DNA from: Candidatus Nanoarchaeia archaeon
GTDB lineage: Archaea; Nanobdellota; Nanobdellia; Woesearchaeales; UBA583
Assembly (NCBI GenBank): GCA_050292425.1
Contig: JBNKLP010000002.1
Span: forward strand, 561 to 64,560
Length of the DNA: 64,000 nt
Direction of reading: 5' to 3'
Part shown: positions 26,751-34,085 of the stretch, in pieces
Position numbering within the stretch: the first letter of the stretch is position 1
Layout of the letters: each line of letters begins with the position of its first letter
The notes under the pieces: generated by a model
What the model was told of the DNA's origin: nothing
The model's input: only the letters and a program-made list of their open reading frames with translations
Databases searched by the model: none
Position numbers and translations under genes: made by a program

Positions 26751-27524
26751 ATGTTATACACTAAAGACGGATATCCAGAAGTAAATGAAATTGTTCTATG
26801 TAAAGTAACAAAAATTTATGGAAACACTACATTTGTACATTTACCAGAATATGAAAAAGAAGGAGTTTTAACAATTGCAGAAATTGCTCCAGGAAGAATC
26901 AGAAACTTAAGAGATCATGTAACAGAAGACAAAGTAATCATTTGTAAAGTTATAAGGGTAGATGATAAGCAAGATAGAATTGATGTTTCACTTAGAAGAG
27001 TTCCAATTCATGCAATGAAAAAAAAACAAGAAGAAATAAAAAAAGAGGAATTTTCAGAAAAAGTATACCTTGATATTGCAAAAGAACTAGGAACAGATAA
27101 AGATGACTTATTTGAAAGAACATATGAACCTATTTTTGAATATCACGAAAATGTATTTGAAGCTCTTTATGAAATAATGCTTGATAATAAGAAAATTGAT
27201 ATGTTTACTCAACTTAAACCTGATGAAAAAGAAGTATTTGTAAAAACAATCAATGATAAAATTAAACCTGAAGAAGTTGTTCTAAAAAAGAAATTTCACC
27301 TTGCATGTCTTTCTTCAGATGGATTGCAAAAGATAAAAAATACTATTGCAGATTCTCTAAAACCTCTTTCATATGATAAAATAAATGTTGTTTACCTTGC
27401 AGCTGGAGAATTTGAAATTAAAATAACTCATGATGATATGAAATCAGCTGATAAACTATTTCATAAATTTCAAGAAAACTTAGAACAATTATCAAAATCC
27501 AATAAATTGGAATTAAAAATCTAA
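26751..27524 (+). CDS. eif2a: translation initiation factor aIF2 alpha subunit
   Basis: The N-terminal S1 domain is PEVNEIVLCKVTKIYGNTTFVHLPEYEKEGVLTIAEIAPGRIRNLRDHV. The 257-aa size and domain order fit. Confidence 0.85.
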   Translation: MLYTKDGYPEVNEIVLCKVTKIYGNTTFVHLPEYEKEGVLTIAEIAPGRIRNLRDHVTEDKVIICKVIRVDDKQDRIDVSLRRVPIHAMKKKQEEIKKEEFSEKVYLDIAKELGTDKDDLFERTYEPIFEYHENVFEALYEIMLDNKKIDMFTQLKPDEKEVFVKTINDKIKPEEVVLKKKFHLACLSSDGLQKIKNTIADSLKPLSYDKINVVYLAAGEFEIKITHDDMKSADKLFHKFQENLEQLSKSNKLELKI

Positions 27525-27528
27525 CAAT

Positions 27529-27696
27529 TTACTTTTCACAATATTCTTTTAGACAATTTGAACATAAGCACCCATCATAATTCTTCTTTAAGACTTCTAA
27601 ATTATTATTATTTACTTTAAATTTTTCACACCAACAATTGTTCTTTGAACAACATTCAAACTCTTTTCCACATTTTGGACACTTGTTTACCTTCAC
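27529..27696 (-). CDS. cysteine-rich small protein (CWC-type)
   Basis: My own translation from a GTG that immediately follows the TAG stop of the E1-like gene gives VKVNKCPKCGKEFECCSKNNCWCEKFKVNNNNLEVLKKNYDGCLCSNCLKEYCEK. It has 11 Cys in 55 aa and is not in the ORF track (<60 aa). Confidence 0.5.
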   Translation of the reverse strand: MKVNKCPKCGKEFECCSKNNCWCEKFKVNNNNLEVLKKNYDGCLCSNCLKEYCEK

Positions 27697-28365
27697 CTAA
27701 ATCTTCACCTCGAAAATTTTGTTATTCCACAAATTAATTTTAACTAATTTATCAATATTCTCACCTATAAAATATTTAAGTATTTGATTGTATGCCAAAG
27801 AAGCAGAAGAAAATGTCGTTGAAGCTAAAACACCTATATCACAGCAACTAACATTAGCAACATTTGATGGAAACACTTTATCAAACTTTTTTTCAACTCC
27901 TTTAAACAAACAGCTCATGGTTTCAGTTTTCACAGCACCATTGTACAACCAATCTTTTTCTTTGTTTTCACAATAAGTATTAATCAACCTTCTTGTTTCA
28001 AAATTATCTGTTGCATCAATAATCAACGAAGAATTTCTGCAAATACTCTCAATATTATCTTCATTCAATATTGTATTGAAAACTTTTAATTTAGTATTTC
28101 TATTAATTTTAATTAAATATTCTTTCAAAGCTTCAGATTTGGATTCTCCAATATTTTCCTCAAAATAAATTTGTCTTTGTAAATTAGTCTCATCAATAAT
28201 ATCATTATCAACCAAAACAAGATTAAGAAAACCACCACGTACTAAAAGTTCTCCCAAAACACTTCCAACTCCTCCACAACCAATAAGTATTATTTTTTTA
28301 TCTTTTATTTTAGTTTGAAAATCTTTTGGAATTACTTCAAGTTTCTCTTGCCGTGAATATCTCAT
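27697..28365 (-). CDS. ThiF/MoeB/HesA-family E1-like adenylyltransferase
   Basis: MRYSRQ start, Rossmann GCGGVGSVLGELL, and VDNDIIDETNLQRQ. I prefer the ATG at 28365. The track's 38-codon extension overlaps the divergent neighbour. Confidence 0.8.
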   Translation of the reverse strand: MRYSRQEKLEVIPKDFQTKIKDKKIILIGCGGVGSVLGELLVRGGFLNLVLVDNDIIDETNLQRQIYFEENIGESKSEALKEYLIKINRNTKLKVFNTILNEDNIESICRNSSLIIDATDNFETRRLINTYCENKEKDWLYNGAVKTETMSCLFKGVEKKFDKVFPSNVANVSCCDIGVLASTTFSSASLAYNQILKYFIGENIDKLVKINLWNNKIFEVKI

Positions 28366-28415
28366 AAATTTGAGAAGTAAAAAATATTTATAAATACTCC
28401 CTAATTCAATGAAGT

Positions 28416-28907
28416 ATGAATGAAACAATAAATCAAACAGCAGTTCAGGCAGTAACAATTCTTGGACACTCAGCTCCATTCACCAATTCTGCTGTTTTGG
28501 ACATTTACCTTGTAACTCTTGTGGTTGCTTTATTTATCACTTTAATAAACAAGTATATGACAGATCAGGTTGCAATTAAAGCATTAAGAGCAGATATGAA
28601 AAACTTACAAAAGAAAATGAGGGAAACTATGAAAACAGATCCAAAAAAAGCTCAAATCATGCAACAAGAAATTATGAAAAAAAATCTTGAAAATATGAGA
28701 CACACAATGAATCCAAAAATCATGCTCATCACGATGCTTCCAATTTTAGTTGTTTTTTCGTTTATAAGAACTCTTTATGGTCCTCTTGGAAACATCATGG
28801 ACCCAGGAATTAATTTTTTATGGCTTCCTTGGGGTTGGCTTGGAACATATATCTTTTTTTCCTTAATCAATTCCATATTAATAAAGAAGATACTCAAAGT
28901 AGCTTAA
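28416..28907 (+). CDS. DUF106/EMC3-TMCO1-like membrane protein (archaeal YidC/Oxa1-like insertase)
   Basis: TM1, then the amphipathic basic coiled region KALRADMKNLQKKMRETMKTDPKKAQIMQQEIMKKNLENM, then two more TMs. This is the typical DUF106 layout. Confidence 0.65.
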   Translation: MNETINQTAVQAVTILGHSAPFTNSAVLDIYLVTLVVALFITLINKYMTDQVAIKALRADMKNLQKKMRETMKTDPKKAQIMQQEIMKKNLENMRHTMNPKIMLITMLPILVVFSFIRTLYGPLGNIMDPGINFLWLPWGWLGTYIFFSLINSILIKKILKVA

Positions 28908-28937
28908 GTCAACAATTTTAATTATTTTTCTTAATTT

Positions 28938-28956
28938 TTGTTTCAGGGGGGTAAAA
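28938..28956 (+). repeat. relic copy of the 3' end of the SAMP-like gene (..VSGG-stop)
   Basis: TTGTTTCAGGGGGGTAAAA here is the reverse complement of the sequence at about 44925-44943, which encodes the C-terminal VVSGG-stop of the 66-aa Ubl gene. Here the frame is open for only 9 codons. Confidence 0.6.
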
Positions 28957-28985
28957 TTTATAAAAAATAGAAATCAAATAACTTT

Positions 28986-29633
28986 ATGTTCTGGATAAAA
29001 AAACTTAGACCTGAAGATGAAACAGGTTATCTTTATCTAAGAGAAACCATTTATGTAAGAGATAAAAGATCTCATAAAAGAACACCAAAAATTATTGGAA
29101 ATAGACAAAAAACAAATGAACGAGGCAAATATTCAAAGAAAAAAGATACATATTGTGGTAAAATAATAGAACTAAATCCTACTAAATTTATAACTTTCAA
29201 AACTTATATTGAAGAAAATCTCAAAAAAGACTTTACAGAATATAAAATAAACTCAGCTTTTGACCAAATGCATGAAGATTTTGTTGATTATTTGTTATTA
29301 GTTCATGAAATAGATAAAGAAGAATTCTCCAAAAATTCTCCAAAAACTGTTTATCAAATAGCAAATGGATATTTTTGTCCACCAACAATAAAATATCTTA
29401 AAGATTTTAATCCTAAACCAAATGCATCATCGCACTCAGAAATTGAAAGATTTGCGAACAGATGTCAGGATTCCTGTATTTATGATGAAGAAATAATTAT
29501 GTCACTCTATTCAAAGCTTCTACCAGATAAGTACAAAGATATTGAAGAAGAAATAGAACAGCTTAGTGGACATAAGCTAAAGACTCAGCAAACTTCCTTT
29601 GAGGAGTATATGAGGAAACAGCATAAGAAATAA
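28986..29633 (+). CDS. hypothetical protein (basic N-terminus)
   Basis: 215-aa ORF with no recognisable motif. Confidence 0.5.
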   Translation: MFWIKKLRPEDETGYLYLRETIYVRDKRSHKRTPKIIGNRQKTNERGKYSKKKDTYCGKIIELNPTKFITFKTYIEENLKKDFTEYKINSAFDQMHEDFVDYLLLVHEIDKEEFSKNSPKTVYQIANGYFCPPTIKYLKDFNPKPNASSHSEIERFANRCQDSCIYDEEIIMSLYSKLLPDKYKDIEEEIEQLSGHKLKTQQTSFEEYMRKQHKK

Positions 29634-29634
29634 T

Positions 29635-29925
29635 TTAAGGTCTATCATTCAACCTTAAAGAAACAAAATATTTTGAATTTCCTAATTCAATATATTTTCC
29701 TTTAAAATCTTCTATTTCAGAGTAAATTTTTGAATCACTTCTAGTAATTATATTATCATTATTATCAATAAATGCATATGTAGTAGGAGATTCCCCCCCT
29801 ATTAAAGGACAATGTCCAACCAATTCATCTGGATCTATATCCCAAAAATTTCTTCCACTATTCCCATTTTCTTCAAAGCAAGCTCCCCAAAAACCATTAA
29901 ATTTCTTTTCCAAATTTTCTACCAT
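29635..29925 (-). CDS. hypothetical protein, last gene of the parA string
   Basis: 96-aa ORF 31 nt downstream of the 136-aa gene on the same strand. No motif. Confidence 0.45.
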   Translation of the reverse strand: MVENLEKKFNGFWGACFEENGNSGRNFWDIDPDELVGHCPLIGGESPTTYAFIDNNDNIITRSDSKIYSEIEDFKGKYIELGNSKYFVSLRLNDRP

Positions 29926-29956
29926 ATGTTACTAAAAAAAGGTTTTTATTTAAACT

Positions 29957-30367
29957 TTACTTTAATTTCTCAGCAAATGCTTTCAATTTCTTCTTATCCA
30001 CTTCAAAATTCCCCTCAGAATCAATTTGTGTATAAAGGTCATACAGGCCATACTTTTCAGCAAAAACCATCAAAAACATAATGTATTTTCCAGAATCTAC
30101 ATAATCCTTTTCAAAATCAAGCTCATCAAATTTAACCTGAAGTCTGTTTACTCTTTTGTCAAAACTTCTGGATATATTCCCAGGATAAATCTTGAAAGAT
30201 TTTGGAATTCTTTTAACCTTATTGCTAGAAGTTTTAATTGCTTTCTTTTGCGGTTTTACAGCTTCATTTTTAGGCTCTTTTTCTCTCTCTTTAAGTTTGT
30301 CTTGAGCTTTTTTAGCCCAATCCACTTTCTTTACATGTTTAAATGGATTAACAATTTCATCTGCCAT
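29957..30367 (-). CDS. small Lys-rich protein, candidate ParA partner / centromere-binding protein
   Basis: 136 aa, with 17 Lys in the first 60 residues by my count. A possible strand-helix-helix follows (RIPKSFKIYPGNISRSFDKRVNRLQVKF ... SGKYIMFLMVFAEKYGL). It lies directly downstream of parA, with a palindromic site and a TATA-like box in the 59-bp spacer. Confidence 0.4.
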   Translation of the reverse strand: MADEIVNPFKHVKKVDWAKKAQDKLKEREKEPKNEAVKPQKKAIKTSSNKVKRIPKSFKIYPGNISRSFDKRVNRLQVKFDELDFEKDYVDSGKYIMFLMVFAEKYGLYDLYTQIDSEGNFEVDKKKLKAFAEKLK

Positions 30368-30407
30368 AAAAAAACTATTTCATTCTAATTTAAAAATAAT
30401 TGTTGTT

Positions 30408-30430
30408 GTTTACTAGTAAACTAAGTTTAC
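30408..30430. promoter_or_regulatory. palindromic operator/centromere-like site GTTTA-CTAG-TAAAC plus a third half-site
   Basis: GTTTACTAGTAAAC lies at 30408-30421, then TAA, then GTTTAC at 30425-30430, which overlaps the parA stop codon. The site is immediately upstream of a TATA-like ATTTTTAAATTA that precedes the 136-aa gene ATG (30367). Confidence 0.5.
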
Positions 30431-31215
30431 TCTAACAATTTTTCAACCTTCTGCGCAAGTTTCTCAAAATCTTCAGTTGCTCTTTTATGTTCATACTTTC
30501 TTATTGGAGCACTTTCATATTCAATAGCACTCACACAATACATTCTGGCTTTTTTAATGTGAGAATTCTCTCGGATAGGCTCAGCAATAAACTCTGCATC
30601 CAAATTCTCATAAACCATATCAATAATTGCCTTGTTGTCTTTCTCAAACCTTTTATCCCATCGATTTGGAACAACCAAATATTTCAAATCTTTCTCAAGT
30701 AAAGATGCCTCAGATAACCGAGAAATATCGTTAATGGTCAAAACAAGCCCAGATAAAGAATCGGTATCAAAATGCATTGGTGCAACCAACAAATCAGATG
30801 CAATCAAAGCAATCTCAGTCAAAGTGTCAGCAACTCCTGGACTTAAATCCAAAACAACATAATCATAATCTAGATTTTTAATCCTTTTGGCCAAAGCTCT
30901 ATAATAATTTCCAACACTTTCAAGATACTTTGCAACCTCGTGCAAACCAATATCCGCAGAAATCAAATCCAAATTCTCAGAAATATTGTAAATAGAAGTA
31001 TAAAAATCAAACTCATCATCTCCAAGCAAATTAGAACTGGTTAACTTGTCCTCATCAATATTTTTCAGAAATGCTTTTGTGAGATTAGCTTGAGAATCCA
31101 TATCAATAAGAAGAACTTTCTTTTCTTTTTGTGCTAAAACATATCCCAAATTAGAAGAAATAGTTGTCTTCCCAACCCCTCCCTTTGAAACCTTAACACA
31201 AATAACTTTTGTCAT
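30427..31215 (-). CDS. parA: ParA/Soj-family partition ATPase
   Basis: The deviant Walker A is VSKGGVGKTTISSNLG. It is followed by LLIDMDSQANLT and the Walker B-like VVLDLSPG. The 262-aa size fits. Confidence 0.85.
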   Translation of the reverse strand: MTKVICVKVSKGGVGKTTISSNLGYVLAQKEKKVLLIDMDSQANLTKAFLKNIDEDKLTSSNLLGDDEFDFYTSIYNISENLDLISADIGLHEVAKYLESVGNYYRALAKRIKNLDYDYVVLDLSPGVADTLTEIALIASDLLVAPMHFDTDSLSGLVLTINDISRLSEASLLEKDLKYLVVPNRWDKRFEKDNKAIIDMVYENLDAEFIAEPIRENSHIKKARMYCVSAIEYESAPIRKYEHKRATEDFEKLAQKVEKLLE

Positions 31216-31270
31216 AGAAAAAAAACTTTAAAATTCTTTTTAAATATTGGTAGTAGTTTTCCAGTTACTT

Positions 31271-31288
31271 AGGTTTAGAGGTAAACCT
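31271..31288. promoter_or_regulatory. palindromic operator/centromere-like site AGGTTTA-GAGG-TAAACCT
   Basis: The 7-bp arms are the same half-site family as 30408-30421. The site lies between the polB stop (31291) and a TATA-like ATATTTAAAAAG upstream of the parA ATG (31215). Confidence 0.5.
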
Positions 31289-31290
31289 AT

Positions 31291-33597
31291 TCAACCAAAA
31301 AATCCACTAAGTGACTTTTGCTTAGTACTTCCAACAATTTCTTCAAAATTCACTCCAAAACACTCTAAAATATCATCACTAACTCCTTTAAGTTGCTTTT
31401 CTATATAATGTTCATAATCATAATTTGGGTTTACTAGCAAACTTATATGCTTAGGTCCATCTTTCAACTGAACGTACTTTACAATTCTTCCTTCAAAATT
31501 CTGTACCTCACGAGCAGCTTTCACATGTGGAGGAGTAGTTTTAGTATAATGTGATAGTGGTTTTGTTATTTTCTTAGTGTAAACTAACTTAGAATTAAAC
31601 TCTCCTTTTCTAAGCCTTGCAACTCTATCTTTGATAAAATTCTCAATTTTCTCTTTCTTTGTTTCCTTAAAAATCAACTCAATCAAATCTATCTGAAAAT
31701 CTTTTGCCAGTTCTGTCCAATCTCCACGAATGGCTTCCATACCAACAAACTTTGTCTTAGAAGAAATTTCATCGAAACCTACGTACCTTTTCTTGGAAGC
31801 AATAAAGAATTTTGAAAATATTTTCTCCATTTCAATTGTCAAAAATGACTTTTGTCCGAATTCCTTCTCAACCCACGATTCAAAATAATCATTAAACTGT
31901 TTTTCAAGTGAAATTCCAACACTTTTCTTCTCATTTAAGGATTTACCTTCCAAACCTGCAATTTTCACGAAAACACTATCCGTGTCTCCATAAACAACTT
32001 TGTGGCCTAGAGACTCAGCAAATTCTTTTGACATTTGAATAATTTTCCGTCCAAAAGCTGTAATAGCTCCTCCAACATCCCTGTTATGAAATCTGGATTT
32101 TGGAGATGCCATTGCCCCATAAAAAGAATTCATTGTAATTTTAAGAGCATATGATTTAAATTCATCTTTTATTTTCTTTGCAGAATCTCTTTCTTTATAT
32201 AATTTTAAAATTAATTCAGGAAGAATTCCAGGTTTACTAGTAAACTTAGCCCCATTAGGCGCTTTAATTTCTTCTCCCAAATCAACTGTAAATGGATCTA
32301 TGTTAAAAGTCATAATTATTGAAGGATAAAGAGATTTAAAGTCAAACACAAACACATCTTCATAAAATCCTTTCTCAGGATCAATTACATATGCCCCTTC
32401 AATGGGAGCAGTTGCATCATAATTAAAATTGGAAGATGCAACATATCCCCTTTCATGAAGCTTTTTCAAATACATGATATCAAGTGCAGCAATAGGGGAT
32501 TTCACTTTCATCAAGGGAGTTCCTGTAATAATGGATCTTTCATTCATTAAATCTAATAAACCTAATTTTTCAGCAATTTGAGCTGTCAAGAGAGAATCTT
32601 TAAAATTATAGTTTACCAGTTTACTCGGATTACTTACAAACATATCCTCAATCGCTTGGCATTTGTTTTGGATACTATCTGCATCACTTTCATCTTCTGT
32701 AAGATCTATTTTTTCATCTCCTAAAACTTCTTTTGCAACAGTATTTAGCTTATAATCTTCAAAAGAAATAAAATTTGTTTTAAGCAATTGTATCAAATCA
32801 TATACGATAAGGCCAGGACAATTCATTGTACTATCTCTGAAAAAATCATTTACAATACGAAGTTTACAATCTCCATTATAATTGGAGAACTTGAATTCAA
32901 TTCCATGTATGGTCATTCTATCTTTAATAACCTTAAAATCAAAATCAATCACATTCCAACCAAAAATTATTTGAGGGGAAAACCCAATAATATCTGATTT
33001 GAATTTTTCTAATAATTCTTTTTCATTTTCAAGTATTTCACATTCAAATCCTTCATATTTTCCTTTCTTTACTTCTTTTAGCTTGTTTACTGGTAGTTTG
33101 TCTTTGCTGAAGTAAACTTTATTGAATTTACTCTCAAACGGATTATATGAGCTTATCATTATTATTTCTTGTTCTTTGATATCTGGGCCTATTGATTCTA
33201 TATCAATTGAAACATATTTTAATTTAGGTTTACCAGTAAACTCAGATAGCTTTATATTATTGTCAATTATGTATTTATGTTCAGAAATCAAGTCTGCCTC
33301 ATATATTTCACATTTTGCATCTCTAAAAAGTCCTAGAATATATTCGTGTAGTTCTTTACTTGAAATTTGTATTTCAACAACTTTTTCTTCATTTTTGTTT
33401 TTAAAATTCTTCTTTGACAAAACTATTTTATCCGTTTTTACTTTCAAACTATCAAAATCCTTTTTCTTTGCTAGAATTGTATATGGTATCTGTTTTTTTT
33501 CAATAATTGTTTCTTGTTTGTTATCTACGTAGAATAGGCTTAATTCAATATGATCTTCTTTTTCCTCTTTTTCTATTTTATATAGAAATTTGCCCAT
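31291..33597 (-). CDS. polB: family B DNA polymerase
   Basis: Exo I is YVSIDIESIG, Exo II is GWNVIDFDF and Exo III is YNFKDSLL. Polymerase motif A is DFKSLYPSII, motif B is KITMNSFYGAM and motif C is YGDTDSVF. 768 aa with no intein. Confidence 0.9.
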   Translation of the reverse strand: MGKFLYKIEKEEKEDHIELSLFYVDNKQETIIEKKQIPYTILAKKKDFDSLKVKTDKIVLSKKNFKNKNEEKVVEIQISSKELHEYILGLFRDAKCEIYEADLISEHKYIIDNNIKLSEFTGKPKLKYVSIDIESIGPDIKEQEIIMISSYNPFESKFNKVYFSKDKLPVNKLKEVKKGKYEGFECEILENEKELLEKFKSDIIGFSPQIIFGWNVIDFDFKVIKDRMTIHGIEFKFSNYNGDCKLRIVNDFFRDSTMNCPGLIVYDLIQLLKTNFISFEDYKLNTVAKEVLGDEKIDLTEDESDADSIQNKCQAIEDMFVSNPSKLVNYNFKDSLLTAQIAEKLGLLDLMNERSIITGTPLMKVKSPIAALDIMYLKKLHERGYVASSNFNYDATAPIEGAYVIDPEKGFYEDVFVFDFKSLYPSIIMTFNIDPFTVDLGEEIKAPNGAKFTSKPGILPELILKLYKERDSAKKIKDEFKSYALKITMNSFYGAMASPKSRFHNRDVGGAITAFGRKIIQMSKEFAESLGHKVVYGDTDSVFVKIAGLEGKSLNEKKSVGISLEKQFNDYFESWVEKEFGQKSFLTIEMEKIFSKFFIASKKRYVGFDEISSKTKFVGMEAIRGDWTELAKDFQIDLIELIFKETKKEKIENFIKDRVARLRKGEFNSKLVYTKKITKPLSHYTKTTPPHVKAAREVQNFEGRIVKYVQLKDGPKHISLLVNPNYDYEHYIEKQLKGVSDDILECFGVNFEEIVGSTKQKSLSGFFG

Positions 33598-33654
33598 TTT
33601 CTTTATTTTTGCAAGTTCTTTTGTATTTATATAATCTCCTTTTCAATTAATCTT

Positions 33655-33901
33655 TTTTCTTTAAATTTAATTTAAATTTGTTTATTTATAAATTATTTTC
33701 TCATTTTGGTCCTTATTTTTACTTCTTTTCTTAAATTTAAGTTAAATTTAAGATATATTCCTGTTTTAGTTCTTATTTCTTGTTTTTTGTGCATTTTTGG
33801 GTCTTTTTCTTTAAATTTGGCTCAAATTTAAGTTAAATCCAAGTTAAATCTAAGAATTATCTCTCAATTTAATAAAAATAAGGATTATTTTTACTTCTTT
33901 T
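33655..33901. repeat. modular direct repeats in the polB-gatA intergenic region
   Basis: TTTTCTTTAAATTT occurs at 33655-33668 and 33805-33818, with a 1-nt-shorter copy at 33726-33739. AAATTTAAGTTAAAT occurs at 33733-33747 and 33824-33838, continuing as tandem AAGTTAAATYY units to about 33855. TTATTTTTACTTCTTTT occurs at 33713-33729 and 33885-33901, with a partial copy at 33971-33986. Confidence 0.7.
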
Positions 33902-34085
33902 TAGAAAAAATAAGATAACTTTACATATTTAATTAAATTAGTTTATATTTATTCATTTTTAATTTTGAAACCTTATTTTTCTTTTCAAAATGGCCTAATT
34001 TGACTATATGTTGCTTTTTGAATACTTTTTCTAATTTTTTTGAAAAATACATAAAGTTTATATATTATATAAAACTGCCTCATTT

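Noticed and set aside
29635-33597. polB-parA-small-ORF block as an integrated plasmid, virus or casposon-like element.
   Set aside because: No integrase, Cas1, Rep, capsid or terminal-protein genes are present. There is no att-type direct duplication. polB has the full set of cellular replicative family-B motifs, and the flanking genes (gatA, DUF106 insertase) are housekeeping. The locus is therefore treated as chromosomal with a partition-like module.
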